From an uncultured Planctomycetales bacterium (lineage in GTDB: Bacteria; Omnitrophota; Gorgyraeia; Zapsychrales; Fredricksoniimonadaceae), in the NCBI GenBank assembly GCA_964438075.1, contig CAYTIW010000007.1:10596-74595 (forward strand): DNA of 64,000 bases, written 5' to 3'. The position numbers and the translations under genes are program-made. The notes under the pieces were generated by a model. That model did not search any database and was not told where the DNA came from. It worked only from the letters and a program-made list of their open reading frames with translations. Of this stretch, positions 57,726 through 64,000 are shown in pieces (positions within the stretch are counted from its first letter, which is position 1; the number at the start of each line of letters is the position of its first letter).

Positions 57726-59558
57726 TTATCCCAATTTCCAGGCCAATAAAAATATCAGGAACAAAAATATATACATAAGATACATCTGCGTATAACGGAT
57801 ACGGCCGTCATCCAGCTTTTTGGAAAGGCCGGTTAGCAAGACGAAGAAAGGCCTGAAGGCCAGTTCCTCGGAAGCGTCATGCACTGACGAAGTCAGATGC
57901 GACCTGGCCGGAAGATATCCGGTCACTTGCCCGCCGTGCCGGTTGAAAAGCAGGGCTTTCCGCACAAAATCGGTAATGGGCCTGGCAAAAGAAGAGGAAG
58001 TATACTGGCATCTGGCAGAATACTCCGCGTAGCCGCAGCCCCATGTATCCCGCAAGGGCATGGGCTCAGTACCCGATAATCTCCGGCGGAGAATTAAAAG
58101 CGCCACGACCAGCGCCAGGAACAGTAACGAGAGTGCTACGATGACCGATAACGGCATCATGACCTTATCCCAGTCCAGTCCGTTCTTACTGGTGTAGGCC
58201 AGATATGAACCGGCCTGAAAGGCGAATTCAGCGATAGTGTCCGGGGCCAGTCCTATCCAAAGGCATAATCCAGCTAGGATAGACATAGGGACCACCATAA
58301 ATGCTGATGGGTCATGGATCTCGGCTGCCCGGGACGGATCACGAGGTTCTCCCGAAAAGACCGTGCCGTAGACCTTGGCAAAACAGGCCAGGGCCAGAGC
58401 GCCCATCAAGGCCAGCGCCAATATGCCCAGAGCACAAACGACCACTCCGTTCAGCGGTAAGCTCAACAGACCGTGAAAAAGCCCGAAGTAGATCATGAAT
58501 TCACTTATGAACCCGTTGAACAAAGGCAGGCCGCAGATAGACAAGGCACCGATGAGGAAAAGAATGCTGGTCATGGGCATGGACTTGGCGATCCCGCCTA
58601 AATGGTCCATTTCGCCGGTGTTGGTCTTTTGGATCACTGCCCCGGCGTCCAGGAACAGAAGCCCCTTGAAGATCGAATGGTTGAGGACATGCAAGAGCCC
58701 TCCGGCAAACCCGACCGCAGACAGAAAAGGCATCTGGGAGCTGCGGCCGACCAGCCCTAGCCCCAATCCCAAGGCGATTATCCCGATATTCTCAATGCTG
58801 TGATAGGCCAGGAGCTTTTTCAGCTCGTGTTGTCCCAAGGCGTACAACACCCCCATCACTCCCGAGACTACGCCGATAGCAAAAAGCAGGTATCCGCACC
58901 AGTCGGGCAAGCCGCTTATCATCCATATCACCCGGCATATCCCGTAGATGCCGGTCTTGATGCCGACACCTGACAGGAGCGCGGAGACATGCGACGGCGC
59001 GGCCGGATGGGCATGCGGCAACCATATATGCAAAGGCAGGAACCCGGCCTTGACCCCGAAACCAATGATGGCCAAAAGGAAGATCATGCCGGATGTATTT
59101 GACGAAAAGCTTGTCCTGCTGATGACATCAAAATTCATGGAACCGGCGGCGTGGGACATCAAAAAGAACATCAGAAATAGCAGGAATGTCCCGCAATGAG
59201 CTGCGATCAGATAAAGTAGCCCTGCTTTTCGCACCGAAGCCTTTTCATCATGGAACACTATAAGGAAATACGTGGCCATGGACATGGCTTCCCATGCCCC
59301 CAGGAACAGAATAACGTTGTTGGCAGTGACAATGAGTATCAACCCCAGGGTCAGCAGCAGGTAGAAGAATACATGCAGCCAGAGCGGCTTCTTTCCGACG
59401 TAGTGGCGCATATATCCTATGCCGTACACCCCGGCGCAAATTACCAGAATGGCAATAGCCGTGAGGAAGATCAGGCTTAATGGATCCAGCTTGAGGGCCA
59501 ACTCTCCGAAAGGCACCTGCCAGTGTGAATTGAAGGTCTTATATATTCCGTTACTCAT
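57726..59558 (-). CDS. Antiporter-like subunit (NuoL/HyfB/HycC-like), first module
   Basis: 610 aa with GFGVKAGFLPLHIWLPHAHPAAPSHVSALLSGV. The start overlaps the stop of the EIIA-like gene (TGATG). Confidence 0.85.
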   Translation of the reverse strand: MSNGIYKTFNSHWQVPFGELALKLDPLSLIFLTAIAILVICAGVYGIGYMRHYVGKKPLWLHVFFYLLLTLGLILIVTANNVILFLGAWEAMSMATYFLIVFHDEKASVRKAGLLYLIAAHCGTFLLFLMFFLMSHAAGSMNFDVISRTSFSSNTSGMIFLLAIIGFGVKAGFLPLHIWLPHAHPAAPSHVSALLSGVGIKTGIYGICRVIWMISGLPDWCGYLLFAIGVVSGVMGVLYALGQHELKKLLAYHSIENIGIIALGLGLGLVGRSSQMPFLSAVGFAGGLLHVLNHSIFKGLLFLDAGAVIQKTNTGEMDHLGGIAKSMPMTSILFLIGALSICGLPLFNGFISEFMIYFGLFHGLLSLPLNGVVVCALGILALALMGALALACFAKVYGTVFSGEPRDPSRAAEIHDPSAFMVVPMSILAGLCLWIGLAPDTIAEFAFQAGSYLAYTSKNGLDWDKVMMPLSVIVALSLLFLALVVALLILRRRLSGTEPMPLRDTWGCGYAEYSARCQYTSSSFARPITDFVRKALLFNRHGGQVTGYLPARSHLTSSVHDASEELAFRPFFVLLTGLSKKLDDGRIRYTQMYLMYIFLFLIFLLAWKLG

Positions 59559-60241
59559 CAGGATGTCCGTGATGCTTTAGCCTCTGCCACTTGGAATGTG
59601 GCCAGTATATCTTCGCGAGTGGCATGTTCACGCAATACTGTTTTGACCCGTTCGTCCTGCAGGCAAAAGGCCAGCCGCGATAATAACGATAGATGCCCTT
59701 TGAAAGAAGAAGTCAGTATCAGGAACAAAGTATGCACCCCAGCGCCATCCATGGCGGAGAAATCCACCGGCCCCTGAAGGAAGAATAAGCCCACTACCGG
59801 TTCCAAGCCGGCCAGAAGGACGGGGTGTTTAACGTGAGGGATGGCGATACCGTTACCTATGCCTGTGGTCCCCAACTGTTCACGGGAAAGCAGCATATCC
59901 CGTAAAAGCGGTCTTTGGATATTTTCAGGCAGGGGTAATAGATCCAATGCTTTTGCCAGGACCTCTTCCCGTCGCGACTCTGTCAACCCGAAGTAAACCC
60001 CACCCCGTATGAGAGCCGGGGTGATAACGTCCTGGCCAGGGCGGTTCTTTTCGCACAACCTTAAAGCTTCTGGTGTCAGGGGGATACGGTTCTTTAATGC
60101 CCATTCCAGGACTTCGACCGAGTTGAAATAATACTGGTCGTTGGCTTTAACAGCAGGCATGCCCAGATCGTTGAGCCAGTGGTACAATCTTTTTTCCTCG
60201 ATATCAAAGGCTTTCTCAATATCACGAAAAGTCAATTGCAT
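59558..60241 (-). CDS. HTH domain fused to a PTS EIIA(Ntr)/PtsN-like domain
   Basis: 227 aa. The N-terminal roughly 55 aa form an excisionase/MerR-type HTH (LTFRDIEKAFDIEEKRLYHWLNDLGMPAVKANDQYYFN). The C-terminal EIIA type-2 domain has REQLGTTGIGNGIAIPH, where the His lies at the phosphorylation-site position. Confidence 0.75.
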   Translation of the reverse strand: MQLTFRDIEKAFDIEEKRLYHWLNDLGMPAVKANDQYYFNSVEVLEWALKNRIPLTPEALRLCEKNRPGQDVITPALIRGGVYFGLTESRREEVLAKALDLLPLPENIQRPLLRDMLLSREQLGTTGIGNGIAIPHVKHPVLLAGLEPVVGLFFLQGPVDFSAMDGAGVHTLFLILTSSFKGHLSLLSRLAFCLQDERVKTVLREHATREDILATFQVAEAKASRTS

Positions 60242-60338
60242 AAACCCCTCTTTCCCTCATTCCCAAATATGAAGGTATTGATTTAAGACCGGCAGGAAGG
60301 ATGCTGGTTCGGCTAAGACCGCGCCGAATGTTCTGAGG

Positions 60339-60692
60339 CTATTTAACCTCTAAGACTGCATTGTGCGAACCAAATTCATTCGCAGCGGTAGTTTTCGCAT
60401 TTGGATCATCCACCCATCTTTTATCCATAAAAAAACGGTATTGATAAGTGCCGGGTTTCAATCGCAGAGCACCTCTCCAGGTACCGGTAACGTCTTTCTT
60501 GAGGGGGAAGGCACCGGGAGTCCAGTTGTTGAAAGAACCAGCGACGTTCACACTATAGGCCTGTGGAGCATAAAAACTGAAGTCGACCAGTTTCTCAACT
60601 TGTGGGGTTGGTTGGTCTGAACCGGGACGTATCCCCGGTATTTTTGTTTGAGCGCCTTCTTGCTTCTTCTGTGCCATCTCTTTAGTGAACAT
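60339..60692 (-). CDS. Small CBM48 / AMPK-beta-like glycogen-binding-module protein
   Basis: 117 aa with AGGAGG upstream. The sequence FSFYAPQAYSVNVAGSFNNWTPGAFPLKKDVTGTWRGALRLKPGTYQYRFFMDKRWVDDP matches the E-set/CBM48 pattern. Confidence 0.75.
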   Translation of the reverse strand: MFTKEMAQKKQEGAQTKIPGIRPGSDQPTPQVEKLVDFSFYAPQAYSVNVAGSFNNWTPGAFPLKKDVTGTWRGALRLKPGTYQYRFFMDKRWVDDPNAKTTAANEFGSHNAVLEVK

Positions 60693-61157
60693 TTTTCCCC
60701 TCCTTGTATAAAATCTTCCCCGGCCTGCTTAGCATGATCGTTATTTTTTAGATCATTAATAGCTCTGCCGTTCGGGGTTGATCTTTTATTTTCATGCTGA
60801 CCGTAGGGCTTAACACTTTTAAAATAGCATGTTTATGGGAAATGCAAAAAACATTCTTATTTTACTTAACGGTATTTAGTTTTTCTCTCAGGCCGCATGA
60901 TGATTTTGGCTGACCCCAAAAAGCTGGTTTATCGATGGTACTATCGAGCTCCTATGACCAGCAGAAAAACCTTTGAGGTCTTTCATGCCCGGCCTATTTA
61001 TCAATTCAAAGCCGGGAAAACATTCTCCGCTCCAGTTTATTTCTTATGTCTTGGTAAGGGGGGAGAAATCAATGAGATAGGTTCATTATATGGCAACTTC
61101 GCAATATGTAAATATCTAAGCTGTAAAAAACAAGAAAGATGTCATTCTCCCCCGGCA

Positions 61158-62045
61158 TTACGGCTTATTATCCGCGGACGTTCTTTCTCTAATTTCATCC
61201 AGGATCGCACTCAACCTCTGGTTAAATTTTTCGGGTGCTTCCAGCATGAGGAAGTGCCCCACGTCCTGCATAACGTGCAGATTGAATTCCGGCACATATT
61301 TACTGTTGACCTTCGGCTTTGTCGGCCAGAGATTCGAATTAAGGCACCATACCGGCGCTTTTATCTTGGGAGGGTGGGCAACATAGGATGTTTTCATCAT
61401 TTCTTCCAAGGCGCTGATCCCCACCCTGGCTGACGCCTTGGTCATCATACCGACGACCTTTTCCATCAGTTCAGGCGGGGTACTTTCTATGAACATTTCC
61501 CTGACAAATGAGTCGGTGGCTTCCCGGAAGTCTTCCTTAAAAGGGGCAATGAATTCTGTTATCTGTTCCGGGGTGAATTCTTCTTCAAAGTCCTGCATGG
61601 TATCAATACCGACCAGAGCTGCTATATCATCAGGGATCATTCCGGCCGTCTCTATGATCACTGCGCCTGCCATAGAGTGCCCTATAAGGATCACCTTATG
61701 AGCTTTGCTAGCCTTAATAACCGCCGCCACATCTTCCCCGAAAGCCTTCAAAGTGTATATCTCTCTTATCGTCCCGGATGTCCCGTGTCCGGCCAGGTCC
61801 AAGGTGACCACTCTGTAATTCTTCGCAAAGTACGGGACCTGGTTCTGCCATATCGATTTGTTACAACTCCAGCCGTGAACAAAGACCAAAGTAGTCTCAC
61901 CTTCGCCGTACACGGAATAAGAGATCGCCACTCCGTCTTTAGATATGGCGATCCCGTCTTCAGCAAATGCCGGGGCCGGCGCCACAAATGATGGTATGAG
62001 AGCGAATATGGAACAGGCCGCTAATAGGCAGGATATTTTTTTCAT
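61158..62045 (-). CDS. Secreted alpha/beta-fold hydrolase
   Basis: 295 aa. The signal peptide is MKKISCLLAACSIFALIPSFVAPAPAFA. It has the oxyanion region LVFVHGWS, the nucleophile elbow GHSMAG, and a late His (DVGHFLMLE). Confidence 0.8.
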   Translation of the reverse strand: MKKISCLLAACSIFALIPSFVAPAPAFAEDGIAISKDGVAISYSVYGEGETTLVFVHGWSCNKSIWQNQVPYFAKNYRVVTLDLAGHGTSGTIREIYTLKAFGEDVAAVIKASKAHKVILIGHSMAGAVIIETAGMIPDDIAALVGIDTMQDFEEEFTPEQITEFIAPFKEDFREATDSFVREMFIESTPPELMEKVVGMMTKASARVGISALEEMMKTSYVAHPPKIKAPVWCLNSNLWPTKPKVNSKYVPEFNLHVMQDVGHFLMLEAPEKFNQRLSAILDEIRERTSADNKP

Positions 62046-62090
62046 CAGAGCATCATGTCGGATCAGGGATATCGAAAGCGAATGGATCTA

Positions 62091-62690
62091 TCATCCCAAT
62101 TCGTGGGAGCATTTGCTTTTTAACTCGGCAAGATCATGGATCCTGGATTTTTTCAGATAAAATTTCTTGCCCTCGGGTTTAAGCCGAAGGATAACGCGGT
62201 CTCCCTCGGCTCCTATCAATGAAGAATCGGTATTGAAGACGAGTTCTTGTCCCTTATGGTTCCGATATTTTACGGTGACCGGCTTGCCGGTTGTTCGTTT
62301 GGAAAGGGCCGCGCGAGTCAGTTTATCCAGCTCGGCCTCCACCTCAGGCAAATTGGCTATGAATTTCTTCTTGAACGTAATCCTTCTGCCAGACGGTACT
62401 GCCTTCAGAGAAACATAAAGCTTGCCAGCCCGCAAGCTGGAGCGGGCTCCCTTATAGGTATTATTTTCTCCTCGGAAGTTCCTATAAACTATCTTGATCT
62501 GATCATCTCCCGGATCGAAATTGCCGGATATGTCTGTGCGCAGGAATTCCATATGAGAGGTTGATTCATCGGTTGGTGTCAGCTTGTGGTCATAATTCTT
62601 GCAATTAGGATTCGGGCAGCTGATCGAAAACAAGCCCTTCTTCGCTCCCTGATAACGGCATTCCGGACAAACCATGGTCTTCGCGAACAT
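62091..62690 (-). CDS. Zinc-ribbon protein with two tandem small beta-rich repeats
   Basis: I prefer the ATG at 62690 (MFAKTMVCPECRYQ...CPNPNC, a CxxC-x14-CxxxxC ribbon). Two internal repeats follow: IKIVYRNFRGENNTYKG...LYVSLKAVPSGRRITFKKKFIANL and VTVKYRNHKGQELVFNT...RVILRLKPEGKKFYLKKSRIHDL. They are reminiscent of WYL/Sm-like barrels. The longer track start at 62888 would overlap the RT gene. Confidence 0.55.
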   Translation of the reverse strand: MFAKTMVCPECRYQGAKKGLFSISCPNPNCKNYDHKLTPTDESTSHMEFLRTDISGNFDPGDDQIKIVYRNFRGENNTYKGARSSLRAGKLYVSLKAVPSGRRITFKKKFIANLPEVEAELDKLTRAALSKRTTGKPVTVKYRNHKGQELVFNTDSSLIGAEGDRVILRLKPEGKKFYLKKSRIHDLAELKSKCSHELG

Positions 62691-62865
62691 ATCTGCCCCC
62701 CATATTAATTTGCGAGCAAGGCCTACAAAGGAACGGTTTGGAAAACGCATGATGTGCTTCAGCACATCTGCTTCAATAATGCCCATCCACAGGCAGCCCT
62801 CTCTCCCACGAGGGATTTTACGCTGCTGCTTTTGGGAACGGGGAGAAAACACTTTGGCCCCCCTT

Positions 62866-64000
62866 TCAGGGGGACAAAGGTTTGGCAACCGTCCCTTTGT
62901 AGGCCTTTGCGATCTTGTACTTTCTCCATCGAAAGAACGGCGACTCCAGGTGGCGATGTATTATCAAACGCCGGCGGTGGACCAAGGACGGCAGGCCGAG
63001 CTGGCGCAGTTGGGCAAAACTTACCTGCCTGAAATTGGACCTCTTGTGCCCGCGATCGAATACCACCGCCAGTATTTCCTCGGCCAGCCAGCGGTCCAGA
63101 AGCCGCAGCTGGGACTCGTCATTGACATGTTTCAGATAGTAATCAATTATAGCAACGTTCCGTACCCCTTCATCCAGGGTTTTTTGAATTATATTGATGG
63201 CGGCCTTTATTTTCTTGTCCGTATCGGTGATACGCCCTAGGCTGCCTCTTTTTCTTCTAAGTGCGTATCGGAAAAGATTGCATATTTTCCGGGATTTGTC
63301 CCGGGATAGACCGGTCAGCCCATTGGCCCGGAATTCAAGTCCCAGATGTTTGAACTTGTTCGCGGCCTTGAAATCCGGGGTTGATACGCCTTTGATGCTG
63401 AAAAGCAGGTCCTGCCGCTGGTTCTCCTTATCAGCTAATTGATGATTATAAAGATAATCTTGGAATTTCCCAACAGCTTTCCCAACCGCATTCTTATCCG
63501 GAGAGAACATGAGGATGTCATCTGAATAACGGTAGTAAAACAGCCCCGGTATCGATTCGAGTTGCCGATCAAGCCCTGTCAGGTAAAGGTTCGCGAAGTA
63601 ACAGGCCACCGCAGTACCGAAAGGTATACCCCTGAACGCAGTAAAGAGCTGTCCGTCTTTTTCGTAAGTGAATTCTACCCTCTGGCGTAAAAGCGAGAAT
63701 AGATAATCCCCTGGTTCGATCAAGGCTTCCAATTTCCCCAGAAGCATTTTGTGATCGATAGAATTGAAATAGTCTGAAACATCCCTTTTGGATATGAACA
63801 GCGGTGGCGGGGCCGCCCTGAGCGTAGCGGCGATCTTTTTTTGGCAGATGTCAATACCCAAACCATGCAGGCGATAGGCATAGGAATGTTTGGAAAAGTA
63901 GTGGTTCAGTCTTCGGTTAAGCAACCGGTACAGCAGCACATCCACCAACCGTTCTTCCCAAGGGTAAATATATATAGTCCGTATCCTGCCGTTAAAGTTG
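62866..64000 (-). CDS. Reverse transcriptase (class undetermined), 5' end beyond the window
   Basis: The frame stays open to position 64000 (upstream residues NFNGRIRTIYIYPWEERL...), so the N-terminus is missing. RT motifs seen are RTIYIYP (1), SYAYRLHG (2), KRDVSDYFNSIDH (A), GIPFGTAVACYFANLYL (B), YYRYSDDILMF with YSDD at 63517-63528 (C), and KHLGLEF (E). A helical C-terminal extension of about 170 aa follows. Confidence 0.85.
   Translation of the reverse strand, partial: NFNGRIRTIYIYPWEERLVDVLLYRLLNRRLNHYFSKHSYAYRLHGLGIDICQKKIAATLRAAPPPLFISKRDVSDYFNSIDHKMLLGKLEALIEPGDYLFSLLRQRVEFTYEKDGQLFTAFRGIPFGTAVACYFANLYLTGLDRQLESIPGLFYYRYSDDILMFSPDKNAVGKAVGKFQDYLYNHQLADKENQRQDLLFSIKGVSTPDFKAANKFKHLGLEFRANGLTGLSRDKSRKICNLFRYALRRKRGSLGRITDTDKKIKAAINIIQKTLDEGVRNVAIIDYYLKHVNDESQLRLLDRWLAEEILAVVFDRGHKRSNFRQVSFAQLRQLGLPSLVHRRRLIIHRHLESPFFRWRKYKIAKAYKGTVAKPLSP

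Noticed and set aside
47460-60241. Calling the cluster hydrogenase-4 (hyf) or formate hydrogenlyase.
   Set aside because: The large subunit lacks both CxxC NiFe motifs. There is no HyfA/HyfH-type ferredoxin subunit, no formate dehydrogenase, no maturation endopeptidase and no hyp operon adjacent. Hyf names are used only as homology labels.
60897-61433. 178-aa plus-strand ORF in and beyond the 465-nt gap upstream of the CBM48 gene.
   Set aside because: Its 3' half overlaps the alpha/beta hydrolase gene on the opposite strand. It has no SD and no motifs, and its composition looks non-coding. The gap itself showed only weak hairpins, such as CCCGGC-N17-GCCGGG on the minus strand.
62691-62888. 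Long version of the zinc-ribbon ORF starting at 62888.
   Set aside because: It would overlap the RT stop by 23 nt, and its first 66 residues (MPNLCPPERGAKVFSPRSQKQQRK...) look non-globular. The ATG at 62690 lies directly before the CxxC ribbon. This is kept as an open alternative in the spacer finding.
62866-64000. Diversity-generating retroelement or retron interpretation of the RT.
   Set aside because: Motif B reads GTAVACYFAN rather than the DGR-typical SQ-containing version. No template/variable repeat pair was found by eye in the 2 kb available. I did not see the retron-type NAxxH and VTG motifs. The region upstream of the RT is missing, so this is not fully excluded.

Overview
This 64 kb window is densely coding. 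It has one tRNA and no rRNA, CRISPR array, transposase or integrase that I could see. All calls come from reading the ORF translations and the DNA by eye and from recalled family motifs; no searches were run. The taxon cannot be fixed from here; it looks like an uncultivated bacterium. Layout: (1) 1-12.6 kb is one long plus-strand operon. It opens with an incomplete F-type ATPase gene set (c 3' end, b/delta fusion, gamma, beta, with no alpha or epsilon). It then runs with a 2-nt gap into a T2SS/T4P-like set: GspE, GspF, an embedded HExxH peptidase, GspG, three minor pseudopilins, a PilM-PilN fusion, a PilO-like protein and a TPR protein. (2) 12.7-18.0 kb is a glycosylation module: a GT-C protein, a Dpm1-like GT2, tRNA-Ala and an STT3-family oligosaccharyltransferase-like protein. 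(3) 18-28 kb is mixed: a serine protease, an NfeD-flotillin pair, two paralogous small-protein cassettes flanking a secreted glutaredoxin-like gene, an orphan hypE, hypotheticals, a GHL10 protein and a flavoprotein. (4) 28.1-32.6 kb holds a B12-radical SAM gene plus two tandem GT-C-like paralogs. (5) 32.9-39.7 kb is housekeeping: acnA, leuCD, aroC and an SDR. (6) 39.7-46 kb holds a cNMP-binding/patatin protein and an AT-richer patch with nadK, a HAD hydrolase, secreted proteins and queH. (7) 47.5-60.2 kb is an 11-gene minus-strand operon for a complex I / group-4-hydrogenase-related complex. Its large subunit has lost the NiFe cysteines, its four-gene membrane module is duplicated, and it is headed by an HTH-EIIA(Ntr)-like gene. 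(8) 62.1-64.0 kb holds a reverse transcriptase, truncated by the window edge, followed by a zinc-ribbon protein. The best candidates for new biology are the alpha-less ATPase module joined to the pilus/secretion operon, the duplicated Ehr-like complex, and the RT locus.
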